From positions 157,177,741-157,241,740 of the forward strand of contig CM041465.1 of assembly GCA_023213395.1 (NCBI GenBank): a stretch of 64,000 bases of DNA. The letters run 5' to 3'. Shown here piece by piece: positions 14,001 through 27,899 of the stretch. The number at the start of each line of letters is the position of its first letter. Within the stretch, counting starts at the first letter, position 1. Below the pieces are notes generated by a model. That model made no database searches. It worked only from the letters and a program-made list of their open reading frames with translations, and was not told the origin of the DNA. The translations under genes were made by a program, and so were the position numbers. The stretch is from Cycas panzhihuaensis. Lineage: Eukaryota; Plantae; Cycadophyta.

Positions 14001-15179
14001 CATCTCATGAGTGGTACCCCCCTTACTACATAACTTATTTATTCTATTGTAGGACATGTGCTTCATCATTGACATATGGAAAAACTTAGTGTTTCTATCC
14101 CCCTCCATGAGCCAGAGCGCTCTAGATTTCTACTTCCAATGGAGTTCCTCCTTAGCCAGCACATCTTCCAAGTTTTTTATGGTCGCACATTCCAACTGAT
14201 CCAAAAAGTTGGACCTATCTTCCTCTTGGATCCTCTCCTCAACCATATTCAACTCCTCCAGTAGTCTTCCTTTAGCTTCAAAAATGTTACCAAAAACCTC
14301 TTTATTCCAGACTTTAATATGTCTTTTAATCCAATTCAGCATCTTTGAGAATTTAAACATGGCATACCCCAACACAGGGATATTCCACCACTCCTTAACT
14401 CGCTCCTTGAGTTCAGGGTGTTTCAGCCACATAAGTTCAAAACGAAAGGGAGCCCCATGGTGAATGCTTAGGTAGGTAAACTCTAACATAAGAGGTGAAT
14501 GATCAAAGGCCATCTTCAGAAGTGCCTCTAGCTTGATGTCCCCATGGAGACTTAGCCATTTATAATTGGTCAGCATCTTGTCTAATTTAATCTAGATATG
14601 ATTATTTCCTAATCTCCTATTTGACCATGTATACCTGGCCCCTCTAAGAGGGATATCCATTATCCCTCCACTCTGTAAGAAGTCTCTCAAGTCAGACATA
14701 CTCCTAGACCATCCCTCTTGACGTCCTTTCTTATCCCCCAAGTACAAAGATAAATTAAAGTCTCCTACCACTAACCAAGGGCCTTTCCAATCTTTGTGGA
14801 CCCCCATAATCTTGTCCCACAAAATCTTTCTATCCTTCATTATCGTAGGAGTATAAATATTGGTGACCCAACATTGAATGTTTGTCTTTCTATAAGAAAA
14901 GCACACGGTTATGAAGTGATCACCCTGAGTGATCCCAAACCCCTGCCATAGGTTTGGGTCCCAAAAGACAGCCATCCCACCTGAGCTTGAAGATCCCTCT
15001 TTGGCCAGCATTTTTCCCCTCCTCCAAATCTTATTTTTCACCTTCATTTCCTTTACCTAGTCAAGTTTTGTTTCCTGCAGTAGTACAATATTTGCTCCTA
15101 TTCTAAATCTCATATCCTTGACAGTTCTTTGCTTGGAGAGGGCATTCAAGCCCCTAATGTTCTAGGATAAGACCCTCAT
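11050..15179 (-). pseudogene. LINE ORF2: APE endonuclease - RT - zf-RVT - RNase H-like (disrupted)
   Basis: Start MRVLS*NIRGLN at 15179. Motifs in order: WLVVGDFN, YTWSNRR, DHSP, FRPVSLCN, KIDMSKAYD, RGLRQGD.LSPYLF, GNGESIKFWEDKW, CVLC..EESLDHI..HC, KINFDG (~11440) and YREGNAAIDWLANW (~11085-11125). Multiple premature stops. Confidence 0.9.
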
Positions 15180-16601
15180 GGCCATCCCTACCTTCATCCC
15201 CCCACACTTATCTCCTACTCCTAAGGAATGGGCCTTTGATCACCCCTTCTTTTAAGGTGCTCTAGTACCCTATGTCAATTTGGGAAGTTGTTTCCCTATC
15301 TCGAATCACTTTCCTCGATGGTATGTCAACCCTTTTCTCACTACCAAGGTCAAGGGCTCTCTTCAATCTAGACTCCTCCTGAGCTCCTTTACCTTTTGTA
15401 ATCCACTTATGAGCCCTACTAACTACCTTCCATGAGTCTGGGGCCCCCTTATGCCCACAAATTGTTCTAGGCAGGTCCACAACCCCCACAACTAAGAGCC
15501 CTTGTTAAGGATTCCCCTGACTAAATGGTCACGTCTTCCCCTCCTCTTCCTTTAAAAGATAATCCTCCTCATCCTAGTTAATCTCCTTATATTGCTCATT
15601 CTAAGCAAACTTAGTTGTCCTACAAGGAGCCTCCTCATTCCTTATCTCTCCATCTTGGCAGTATGGCCCTTGCTACCCTACTTCCTAGACTTCAAGTCAT
15701 ACCAACCCCTCAACTTCTTTAGTGGGACCCATAACGAGGCTATCCTTCACTTCCTCCCCTTGTAGTGGTGCTACCCCAATGTCTAGGGTAGTAGTTGTGT
15801 TTTCTTCTCCCCTTGTGTGTTCAATGGCTTTGCTCGATCCCCGTTCCTTTTCAATCATGGTCGTGTTTGTTTCTCCTAGGCACTTTAGTGGAAGATGCCC
15901 CAGGCACCTACACTTTAGACATTTGAAGCTATCCAACTCAAAAACCAACTTTGGTTAATATCCCATCCTCCTAATTATATGCCAACCTCTTCTAGTAGGT
16001 CTCTATTAAGTCTCGCCAGGACATAGAACCTGGCATTTATCAACTAGGATCTATTTTTTGTAGCATAATATATTACTAATAAGGGTCTGATAGCCTTATC
16101 CACCCCTTTTACTACTTCCAAGTTCTAAAACTGTAGGGGGAGCCCCAGTAGATGGACCCAAATTGGGGTTTGTTTTACCATTGAGACCACTAGATCGAAA
16201 TCTAGATGCCATTTTTCTAAGGTAATGGCCTTCCTACCAAATATCCATGGGGATTTTAAAAGAATAACAATCATGTCCTCTTGATTTATAAATCTAAAGA
16301 GGACGCATCCCTTAGTCATATCCATCATCTCCACTAGATTCTTTGTTTTCCATTTATTCCTAATCTAGCTTCTAATGATTTCCATCCCTGGTTTAGGCCC
16401 TGAAAACCTCCTCACCAGGTTGTTTTCCCAATATTGCACTGTTTTTTTAGTTAGCACTTTTAGTATAGAAATTTTGATGTGATTATCTTCAAGCATAGGG
16501 TTTATCACGTATTCATCTATACTTATGTTTCTCAGTGCATCAAGGTATGCCCTTCCTGAAGGAGAGGATTGAGTCTAGTTTGACTGATCATGATGTTCCA
16601 T
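15180..16601 (-). pseudogene. LINE ORF1 (DUF4283-like RRM + CCHC zinc knuckle), disrupted
   Basis: ORF fragments KGCVLFRFINQEDM...SPWIFGRK..TLEKW...PIWVHLLGLP and FKCLKCRCLGHL..KC. Candidate ATG at 16601. Confidence 0.8.
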
Positions 16602-17475
16602 TTAGCTTAAGGAAAAACAAAATAAAATATATTCGTAATTCTCAACCTGGGAACTCATCCGGCACCCAGTTAGCCAAATGTCTATTCTCTAGAATCTGCT
16701 TAAATCTTTGAGCTGCAAACTTGATCTGCTTATAAAAAAAGATTTGATCTAAGCACCTGTCTCCTTCCCAAGCAACAAAGATAATTTTTTCCTCTCTGAG
16801 TATGCTTGTCCAAAATCAGTAGACCCCCTACATACCACGTCCACCTAGCTGCAAATCCTCCTGCAGAAACTCAGACCTATATGCTTCAGAATCAATTCCT
16901 TCTCTAGCCCTCTAAAACTCTCCCATGCTGCACTGTCTAGGAGCTTTTGTAGATAACATGCCCATCTAAGGTTAGTTGGCCCTCGCTTACATCTTATTCA
17001 ATATAGTTTAGAGGCCTGTTCCTCCACCCATCGTGGTCTCACCTCCTCATCTATTGTTAGCATGCTTCCACTATGATATGGAGCCATCAGTCCATCCCAC
17101 CCAAGGGTTGTGCCTACACACCATGGGCCCAAGTAGCCCCTCACATCCTCCTTCACGTCCCCTAGGATCTCCCAGCTGTCGCCCACCTATGTTGCTCCAG
17201 TCGTCGTCGCAGTAGTGAACCCTAAACAATCACCTTCATTCCAATTTGGATGTATATATGTATATGTGTATATGTATATATGTATTAATTATATAACACA
17301 TTTAATCATGCATATAGATGAAAGATTTTAGAGACTAAATGAAGATGAGAACGATTTTTAAAATAGACATAAAAGAGAGATCATACATATACCAATAGTG
17401 CATGTGATAGACTCATCCATATATGGCTCATCCAAACTTGGTTATAAACACTTGAACAATAACTTTAATACCAAA

Positions 17476-17759
17476 TGATAAAATTAGAGGACAAAGATAA
17501 CAGAATGAAATGCAATAAAGGGCATGACCAACATTTCATGAGACTGGTGGTGTTGATGAACACTAAGGTCTTTGAACCCCCTAAATAAATAGATGGGATC
17601 GAGAAGGATTTATTGCACCTCTTAAGGTCTATTGCCAACTAATATTGACAAATGCTTGACATGTTGTTGCCATAATATCTCCACAATATGGGTTATTACC
17701 CTAACGTGGGTAATCTCGCCAAGGTGGACACATGCCCCAACATGGGCATTATTCCAACA
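17476..17759 (-). repeat. 5' LTR of copia A
   Basis: TGATAAAATTAGAGG...TTCCAACA, followed on the minus strand by the decayed PBS. Homologous to 4125-4408. Confidence 0.85.
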
Positions 17760-18088
17760 TATAGTATATCATATTCCTCTATTGAAGTATTAGATGGTAA
17801 TGGTATATAGATTTATTTTGGATTAGATAGATTTTTTTCTTAATAAAGTTAAATCCACTTTACTTAATTTATAATGATTTGTATAACAACTAAGTGATTT
17901 AGATCATAATTTGAATAAGTTTAAAATAACTTCTTCTCCTCTTTCTTAAAGGATTATTTCCTTTTATAAGATTAATGTTCAATCTTAATCCTTTAAGTCA
18001 TTGAGTTATTGTCTCCTTTTTTGTACTTAATTTTTTTTATAATTTTGAAGATTATTAGATAGTTTATACTTTTAATAAAATAAATAAA

Positions 18089-18148
18089 TATGTATGTGTG
18101 TGCATATATGTGTATGTGTGTGTGTGTCCATACACACACACATATATA
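18089..18148. repeat. Compound (TG)n/(CA)n microsatellite
   Basis: TATGTATGTGTGTG...TGTGTGTCCATACACACACACATATATA seen directly. Confidence 0.85.
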
Positions 18149-18329
18149 AATGAACCCTTAATCCAAATTCAAGGAGAAACTTTTACATGAATCCTACTAT
18201 AACTTGATGGTTAGATATTTAGGATTTCACAAAGCTTATTATTGAGTTAAATAGTCCTTCTTTTAGGAAGGTCTTAAGAAAGACACTTAGATATTTGTGG
18301 AAGAATATGGATTTTTTTTAAAAAGATAA

Positions 18330-19460
18330 AGGGGAAATGATTAAAACGTTTTTACTATTATAACCACCACATATGTCTAAGCAAAGATGGGAAGAAATCT
18401 CCATGGACTTTATTATAGATCTTTCAGAATTAAGGAAGTAGATATTATCTTGGCAGTAGTTGATAAACCATTAAATATACATATTTCTATGGCATCTTAT
18501 TAAGGTATAAGGCTAGCTAATTCACTAAATTCTTCATCTTTGATGTAGTAATATTATATGTGGTCTTGAAGGTAATTATCAATGATAGGGACCAAAAATT
18601 CACAAGCAACTCCTAAATAGATCTAGTCATGATATTAGGCACCCAATAACCATGAGCACTATATATTTCCTAAAGACAAATGGTTCAAATAGAGATTGCC
18701 AATAAGTGTTTATAAGGGTATCTCTAGAGTCATGTCATGGATAAATAAAGGTAATGACATAAGTGGCTTCACTTAGTAGGATGGTGACACAATACCACTT
18801 ATCAATCTTCCACTATAATTATCCCATTTAAAGCCATTTGTAAGTATGAACAACCTAACATCAAGAACTACCTATCAAATAGCTCCAAAGTACAAGAGTT
18901 ATAGATAAAATAGGCCTAATAAGTCCTTAGGATTCTAAAGGAGAACATCCATGATATATATAACTAGATGAAATAGTAGGATAATTAGAGAAGAAGTGAA
19001 CGAGAATTATAGAATAATGACTAAGTATATTTATAATTACAACCTTATAAATAAGTATCTCTTAAGATATGTGGAAGTAACAAGTTAGCTCCTAAATTTT
19101 ATATGCCCTATAAGATCCTCAAGAGAGTATTCAAAGTGGCATATGACTTGGAGTTACCAAATGCTTCTTGTATTCAAAATGTTTTCCACATGTCCTACCT
19201 TAAGAATGTGATTGGTCAAAAGGTATCCATCTAATCAGAGCTGCCAAACTTAGATGAGGATGGATGACTCAATCTAGAACCAAAACTAATCCTTAAAGTC
19301 TACACTAAATATCTCTATTATAAGTTCATCATAAAATATCTTATCAAACAAAAGAAGTTGTTGTTAGAAGTTACTACATGGGAAAATGAGCACCTTATAT
19401 GATAATTTCTAGATCCACATAAGTTCTAAGGGCAAAGATTTCTAAAGAAGAAATATATTA
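18330..19460 (+). mobile_element. Ty3/gypsy integrase + chromodomain-like remnant
   Basis: Reads, with breaks, WEEISMDFI.DL, AVVDK, NDRDQKFTS, KLAPKFY.PYKIL, VAYDLELP, IQNVFHMSYLK, KYLIK and TTWENE, followed by a purine tract and a probable LTR start near 19462. Confidence 0.75.
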
Positions 19461-21842
19461 ATATAAGATACACACCTCAAATTTTCACTGTAGAACATCA
19501 CATGCCCTACTGGAGAATAGGGATTGTAAACTAGTTGATATTTTATGAATTAAAATATAATAAACTTTTTAGGGAGTCACTAAACTTAGAAAGTATATAA
19601 GTATATTCCACCTGTTCAATCTAGTGAATTCCATCCATTGATTTAAAAATTAGGGGTTTAATTAAATTTAGCTAACACCTAGTGAGAATTGGTTCATCCT
19701 ACTATAGGGAAAATATTAGCAATGCATTACATACTAATATTTTCCTATAATAAGATAGAAATGTCAACCTAAATTTTCTAGGCTACCTATCCACTATGCC
19801 AGCAATGTATTAGTAGATGGTCTCTCTTGATATTATTAACTAAAACCCTACTAGAATGGCTTCAACAACCTTGATGATGAGCTCTAATATAATCCTTAGG
19901 GCTTAGAGCAACCTAACATAGTTTAGATGGTGATAAGATAAAGCTCCCTATAGTCTATATAAAGGAGATCACTTGACTAGCTATAGTTTCGTAATCAATC
20001 CCATAGGACAAGGATAGAACTATTCCACTTACTCTTAGGTACTACTAAATCTACTTAAGTCACTTGGAAGCTGAGTTTTTTATGGATCTATCATAATAAG
20101 CATAGTGTATCAATATGTCTACATCCATACTATGGAATTACCCTTAACTATCTAAGGATAAAGGTCATTAAGTGACCTATTATATGTTTCATGAAGGATC
20201 TTAGTCTAATAATAGCTTAGCTAGATTAGTAAGTAAGATTTGATTCATAAATACCTAAAACATAACTTAGGAACCTGAGAACAACAATAAGTTAAAGTAA
20301 TGAAATACCCTAGGAACCCATTAAATTTTTCCATGTGAGATAACTCTCTCTTCCAAGATGTTATACGAGTGATATAATGTTTAGAATTAGGGGGTGAAAA
20401 TAAAACTTTTCTTATAAATTGCAAAAACAAAAAGGTATGTGATGTGGCCTAATTAAAATTTTTCTTTATTTTTTTTACCTTTTCTTTTGCTTTACTTTCT
20501 GTAATTTGATATCTATTTTTATATAAAATAAAATATGCTTTCCCATATGTAATTGTTAAAAGGTCGACATAAAATCTAAGTTCTATCTTTTTCCTCTAAT
20601 ACAACACAATCAAATGAGTTTTAAAATATGTCATTTATGAGGTTGGAACCCAAAAGCTCCCATTATATTTAGCTTATCTAACTTCCTTAGCCTTTATGGT
20701 AAACTACTACTTATTGAAATGGATTCCCTTTTTTTTTTTAAGTTTTTAAAATTTTAAAAATGGGTGAAAGGGGGGTGATATGAAAATTTTGAGGAATGGA
20801 ATGGGCTCTATGGGGTTTGAACCCTCACCTTCTTAAAATTAAGCTAGAATTAGGTTTTTGATGATTCAGTAATTATTTATGATATTTAGATTTATTTTCT
20901 GTTTATTATTTCATTCTTTCTTACCTAACCAAGACACCTTACATTTTATCATTGTGTGGAAGTAAGATGAATATGCAAAGGTGAAGTATAAGAGATACAT
21001 AACAAACTAGAGAAAGCTTTAGTGATTGAACTCTAATTAAAAATCATAAGTTTTTTCTTTTCCCCAAATAACATTATCTAAAATTAAAGATAAGAGGATT
21101 TGTGCATGGATTAAAGAATAAAATAGGAAATAAGACCAGGGACCAATGCTAGGCATTCAACTATTTATATTTAAGCTTATTGAAGTTGAAACCATTTGGG
21201 CCTAGCGGAGTTATTATATCAAAAAAATATGAAATCTTAAATGCATCTTTTAGACAACCATATAGATAAAAGGAGAGTAGTATGTTATCATGTAATATAA
21301 GAGATTTCAAATGGAATGAAAAATAGGTTTGGGGGAAAAATTAAATACCAAATGCATAAGCTTAGAAAATTTTTAAGCAATAAATTAAATGCAATTAGTA
21401 AAAGGTAAAACTAATGTAAATTTAAAGCATTATCAAGTATACAAGCCTTGGGACATTCACATCAATTCCTTAAATGCCTATGAACTAATAAGAAAGCGAG
21501 AGGTATAGCCTTAGTAAGTGGATAAACCCAAAACCATAATATGACATCAAGTAAACACCAAACCCTCATAATGAAAAGCTATGAAGATACAATATATTTA
21601 TACATAAACATAGAAAGGGTACTCATTAAGATAAACTAATTGGAATAAATGTATAAGAGAAATCAAGTAATAACATATATTAACTAATATACAAAAGATA
21701 CTAAGACTTAGTATGCTTGGTAAAAATAAGGGAAGACTAACCAAGTTTGAAAGGAGAAACCATAATAAGAGAAATAAGAATAAAAGCATTGGTACTATAG
21801 ACATAGATGAACCCTTAGTAATAACAAGCATAACAAAAAACT

Positions 21843-22200
21843 TAAAGACCCTAAAATTTATAGGTCATATAAGAAACAAAAAGTAGTATCTCTCATAGAT
21901 TTAAAAAGTACCCATAACCTCATTAATTTATGAATAGTGTAGAAGCTAGGATTGCATACCTTGGAAAAGAAAAAAAAGAGATCAAAGCCTTCATTTTTAA
22001 AAATACAATACTACAATTTGAAGGAGAAGTCAAAAATATCCAATTAAAGATGGGAAACTATGAACAAAATTTTAATTTCCTCTTCTTTACCTTACAAGGT
22101 GTAGACCTAGTTTTACGAGGTCAATGGTTGCAAACCCTATGTACTTTTTGCACTAATAACTTAGAAATTTTTATTAGATTCAACTAGAGTGGATCCTAAT
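21843..22200 (+). mobile_element. Ty3/gypsy retropepsin remnant
   Basis: KTLKFIGHI...LIDLKSTHNLI (cf. LIDSGSTHNFI) and LQGVDLVLRGQWLQTL (ORF 21930-22187). Confidence 0.65.
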
Positions 22201-22892
22201 ATACTTTGTGAAATATTACAATATCCCTACTTTAAGACAAACTACTAAAGAGGGATACATTAGTTTTATTACATGCATATACATGCTTCAAGAAGTAAAG
22301 AAAGATGGTCATTGAAATAGATAGAAAATCAAGTAACTCATCACAACACTCAAGTCCCCTCAAAATCAATCTCAAGTATTCCAAAGGATGCTTAGCATAT
22401 AGCATCACTTAACTAGCCCACATGATAATAAATTTTATAACTAAAACAATGTTCAGTTCATCTAATAGTAATTCCTAGTAAATAAAACCAATGACATTAT
22501 GACATACAATAATCAACACCCACACTATTATAGAGAAACACCTCAAGCTAAAATAAATTATCAAAATAATATACCTAAAAAGGAGTTCCCATGAAGCCCC
22601 AAAGTGACTAATCTTTAAAAACAACATTCCTAAGGACTAAGGGTATATGTGCATTTAAGATAATGGTAGTGAGGATAAATGTGTTGTAATAGTAACAAAA
22701 TATTATAACACTTCCAGGTCTGCCACAATGATATATGAATATTTATAATAGTAGGAAACATGGGAAGGATATAAGTGTTGTATTATTCTAACTTTTGATG
22801 CTTTAAATAGTGAATATTATTCTCCAAATATTGTCCCTTATTTATAATATAGACTAAGGCTGCTATACTATCTATTCTTATAAATAATATTA

Positions 22893-23150
22893 CAACAAAG
22901 AACCTTAAGGATAATAGGGTATTTGAAAAAATAAAACATCATAGTTTTAGTAAAATGGGAAGCATACATAGCTTTATCTAAATGAGTATAGTTGAAAGGC
23001 TTAACATATGTATGTATCCAACCAAGGACTTCCAAGTAATTAAAATAAGTAAGAATGACCTACATTATAAAGGAATTTGTAGATAAACAAATTTGATTAT
23101 GGGGCAGTAATAAGAAAACATAACTTTAATCACCAATCTCCATGTGATCC
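22893..23150 (+). mobile_element. Second gypsy retropepsin remnant
   Basis: QRTLRIIGYLKK*NIIVLV...GSIHSFI, similar to the remnant at 21843. Confidence 0.45.
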
Positions 23151-23799
23151 TTAATTCTTAATGGCTTGAAGTATCATGAAAATTCTCTACTTAGAAAAAT
23201 ATTCATAGATGATTTGAATCAATTTGGACTTCTATCTTAGATATGAAAGGTACTCCCAACTTGGGTCACAAAGATGGCCTTAATACTAACATTTGCGTGT
23301 ACTTCTATAATTCATAGCTCTTCTCTTTAATTAATTACTTATAGATTTTGTTGAACTTGGTTAATTGAAGTTTTATTATATTTTATTATTTTTGCAAGCC
23401 TTAAACTCTTTATATTAGTTTTTTCTTTCCATTACCTAGGTTTTATTTGTAAATATTTTTAAATAATAAATTTTATTATAATTCCCTTAATTAGTTAATT
23501 TTTTTTCCCTTTTAATTACTTTCTCTTAGATGATTCATAATTGTTTGTGGCTTATAGTCCCTACTTCCACTTGTATTCCTTCAAAATACCATATCGCATT
23601 CACTAATAAAACATATTACATAAGAAGATAAATAAATTAAAATCTAAATCAGGAATTTAATAGTTAATTTTTAGTATATTCAAATATATGATATATTAAG
23701 TAATTAGATAAAATGATAAAAGAAGCTTATCAAATAGTGATGGATCTTATATTGAATTATAAGTAAATGTTTATATATGTATGTGTGCATGAATCTGTG

Positions 23800-24655
23800 T
23801 GTTAGAGAATAATATTTAACCTTTGGTTAACCCATTATAGTCATATGCATTTAGAGCTCATACTCTAATCATATACTGTCTCATGGTGAAATTATGATAG
23901 ATTCATTATGCATACTCTCTTAAATTTGTGAATATATAAGCATCATGAAATATTATATAAATGCTCACCTAATTCATTATGAAGTTCTCACATATGATCT
24001 TATTGGTAGACATTCAACGTAATATCATCGGTCCTTAATAAGGTGATCTAATTGTATATAAGGATAATATTTATTCATGGTTAGTCATATGGACATGTAG
24101 TTCTTGTATAATAGAAATTAACAAGGTCTCATCATGTCCTTCTTTATACGTCATTTTATATTAATGCAATCTCATATATTCAATGTGGATGTCTCTATAT
24201 CTTGAGGTTTTACCACTATAAATTATGTGTCTTAATATTAAATGCTTGATTCTTATTTAATTGTTCATTATTAATGATTGAATATCCTATTGATAATTGT
24301 GCGATACATTAGACCTAATGTTAAATGATTCTATATTAATATGCTTGTATTTGATATAAGGTATTTTATATTATGTCCTAATGATATCAAACCTAAAATT
24401 TTAGCATGGTCTTAGAGTTATATAATTATTTGATGTGAATATAGAGTCAGAATACTTGTATGTAAGCAGAAGATGCTTAGAAGCAAAGTTATGAGTTAGT
24501 TTAGATCTAGGAGAGCTCATTGAATACTAAAGGAACTAATTATACTAGATGTGACCAATTAAAATTAAAGCATATTGATAGATTAAAGAGTTGCATACAA
24601 GATGAAGATTGGACTCTAAAAAATTAATGGTGAGATTATGTTGTGAGTTTGTTTC
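23800..24655 (+). repeat. Dispersed ~850-bp LTR-like repeat, copy 1
   Basis: Starts TGTTAGAGAAT. Collinear with 37669-38540 (shared blocks CTCACCTAATTCATT, TTATGTCCTAATGATAT, CATACAAGATGAAGATTGGACTCT). Confidence 0.75.
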
Positions 24656-27600
24656 ACATACTAACACTTAACCACTTAGTGGTTTACCACTTACTAGTGC
24701 TCCATTTTGTTAATAAGATGTAGTCATGTAATGAGTCCCCCCCCTCCCCCCCCCTAAGAAGTTGAGTCCTTGAAGCATTAAAGATAAGGATATTACTTAA
24801 TGAACTCATCTAACTCCCAAGTTACCTCTCTTATGTCACAACTAACCCATTGTACCAAATGCTCAAAGATGGCCTAATTTTAAAGATAATATTAACGACT
24901 AGCAATAATATAATTTAGAGGAATGGTGAGGATTTGCTTATCATGAAGAATACGAAGGGTAATATTTTTGCCCAAACACTTTTTTAGGTAGGAGGCATAA
25001 AAAACATCACAGATTCTGATATCTAGGGGAAGTTCAAGGGCGTATGCAATTTCACAAATTTTTAAAGGACTCTATATGGACTATAATAATGGGGTCTGAA
25101 CTTATGGGTTATGTGGGACTTGAGAGAGAATTGTTTATAAGTATGGAGATGGAAGAATACTAGATCACTAATAGTAAACATATGGTTTGAACAATGGTGG
25201 TCAATAAGTTACTTTATATGATTCTATACATTGGCTAGGTTTTGCTTAAGGTTGTGAAAAAATTGGCCCATCTCTTGAAGCTTTTTTTAGGTTGTGGTTA
25301 TACAAAGGTTGCTGGCTAAGGTATGATTGGATGGGGTCGATATCCATATAGACCTAGAAATGGAGATATAACTATGGTTGAATGATGTAATGACTTATAA
25401 TAATATTCTTCTATGGATAGCCAAATAACATAGGTAAGTATTAAGGGTTTTATTCAAAACCTCATACTAATCCTCAATTTAAGGATGATATGCTATTCTC
25501 ATGGTAAATGAGATTTTAACTACTTGAAATAGATCCTGCCAAAAAGAGCTAGTAAACTTAGGGTCCCTATCACAAATAATAGTTGAGGGAAAGCCATGGA
25601 GTTAAAAGATAATTTAGATGTAGAGATCAACAAGATGAGATGATTTATAAGAAGTGTGAATAGAAATTAAATATGTACATTTAGTGAGTCTATCAATGAC
25701 TACCTAGATTAAGATGAAGCTAGCTAATGTGGGTAAAATCTTGATAAAATCTATGGCTATGTATTTCCATTTACCCTCAAGAATATGTAGGGGTTAAAGA
25801 AGACTTGGCAAGGCCTTAACATGTACTTTGTTTCTTTGGCAAGTATGACATTCTAACACAAATATGAAGATAGCAGACTTTATGTGGGGCTAAAAGAAAT
25901 ATGCATGAATGCAATGATATGTCTTGTAAAATCTTGAGTGGATTCTTAAGAGGGTGGAATAATGCTCTGTTAAAATATAATAGATAAAAGATGAGGTTAG
26001 ATGGACAAAGATATGAATTTTTAATAGTAAATAGGTATTATAGATTGACCATCCTTTTTCGTTATGAGCTTTGTTGATCTATTAGGAATAGTTGGGTTAT
26101 TCCTTATTTTCAATATCTAACTCTTCTAGCCATTCAAGGTGAGGTTTTAAGATGGCATAAATAACCAGATCAAGGGTAGTGGAATGAGATGATAGGTGGA
26201 AAAGGATATCCACAACAATATTGTCCTTACCCTTTCTATAGGATATGGTGAAGTCAAATACCTATAAGTAATCGAACCACTTAGCATATTCTTCAGATAA
26301 TACTAGTTGATCCAGCAAGCAATGGAGGCTATGATGATAAATAAGAATAGTGAATTTTAAACCCATAAGGTACTGTGACCACTTATCTAATGCATACAAC
26401 ATTGCTTTCATTTATTTTTGATACATGGATAACTGAAGTTTATTATCTTTAAGTTTTTGGCTTTCATAGGTAATACAATGGAAGTTTTGTATAAGAGCTA
26501 CTCCTAAGCCAAATCCTAATGCATCGCATTCAAGTTAAAATAGTTATGTGAAGTTTGGGGTGGCAGGTACTAGAGTGGAAGTCATGACCAATTTGAGGTG
26601 GAAAAAATAGCTTTCACCTCAAGAGACCATTGAAATAAGTCTTTATAGAGGAGGTTAGTTAGTAGGTCTACTAATGAAGCATAACTACTGACAAAATACC
26701 TGTAAAAACCAGTGAGGCTAAGAAATACATGTAGTTTCATAAGATTTGCAAGGGTTGGCTAAGTAGTGATGACTAATATTTTATCAAGGTCCACTTGTAC
26801 CCCTTTTGATGATATAATATGCACTAAATATTATAATTTGACTTTGCCAAAATTTCATTTAGAGTGTTTTGTATATAATTGATGCCAATGTAAAATTTAG
26901 AATATAATTTCTAGGTGATGGAGGTGGTGATCCAAGTAAAAGCTATAGATGAGTATATCATTAAAGAAGTCGAGCATAAACTTCTAAAATAAGGATCAAA
27001 TATTTTATTCATAAGAGCTTGAAAAGTGGTCGGGGTATTACAAAGGGCAAAAGGCATTGCTCAAAGTCAAAGTGGTCATGATGGGTTTAAAAAGTTATCT
27101 TATGGTAGTCTTCTAGGGTGATTATAATTTGATAATGCCCAAATTATAAATCTAATTTAGAAAAACTAAAGGTAATATAAATCGCATCAAGCATATCATT
27201 AATTCTTGGGGTGGGGAACTTATTTTTTATTGTAATTTTATTAAGATCCCTATAGTCTACATAGAGATAAAAAGACCCATCTTTTTTTTCATACTAGAAC
27301 TATTAGAGTTCTATAAGGACTTTTACATAATTGGATCAGTGATTTTCGTAATTTCATTAGTTTTTAAGTAAGGTTTTCTATACAGTCTAATACTAATTAG
27401 GTTATGAGGAGACTAGAGTTCGATGGTGTGATAAAAGCCACAATCAAGTGGAGGAGTGGTAAGAAGGGGGCCAAATAGTTGGTGGCATTTAGTGATGATT
27501 TCTTAAATATGTGGGTGAATTTGAAGATTGGATTGGATGTTGTTTAGATAGAAAATATACCCCAAATTAACTTATAAATGTTTTTTCACTCTCCTTGAAG

Positions 27601-27899
27601 TAAGTGAAACCAATTTTAAGGACAATATAGAGGTTGAGCTGCCTGGCCAATGAGATATTGATAAAGTTCAAGGGCATGCCATTACCAATTATTATAGTCA
27701 TTAGAGTATTATGTAAGATGTCCTTAACTCAAAGGGGTTCTAGATATGAGGTAAAAGGTATGATAGAGAGGGGTACTTCTAGTTGAGGGTTAGATGTGGG
27801 ACCTATGAGTGGGTCTTCCTCTTACTCTTGATTTGAATCAGAGTCTAACTTTTCTTTAAAAGATAATATAAGATTAATAGAGAAAATTATATGCCTAAC

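Larger units (their letters stand above)
10835..17286 (-). mobile_element. Full-length L1-clade LINE (copy 1) with poly(A) tail and 13-bp TSD
   Basis: T-run at 10835-10843 is the poly(A) tail. TSD AATTATATAACAC at 10822-10834 and 17287-17299. ORF1 and ORF2 remnants lie in the expected order. Confidence 0.92.
4125..17759 (-). mobile_element. Ty1/copia LTR retrotransposon A (old, complete outline, interrupted by a LINE)
   Basis: Two collinear 284-bp LTRs (4125-4408 and 17476-17759), both ending TTCCAACA on +. PBS-like ACTTTAATACCA at 17462-17473 (reverse complement of a decayed TGGTATCAGAG). PPT at 4409-4418. Flanks TATAA / TATAG (TSD, 1 mismatch). Order gag-PR-IN-RT-RH on the minus strand. 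Confidence 0.85.

Noticed and set aside
20801-20845. tRNA/SINE-like B-box (minus strand GGGTTCAAACCCC...CCA)
   Set aside because: No cloverleaf, convincing A-box, tail or TSD could be built.
26400-27200. Possible PIF/Harbinger transposase trace (IIDANVKFRI.FLG)
   Set aside because: One short fuzzy motif only, and no TIRs found; insufficient support.
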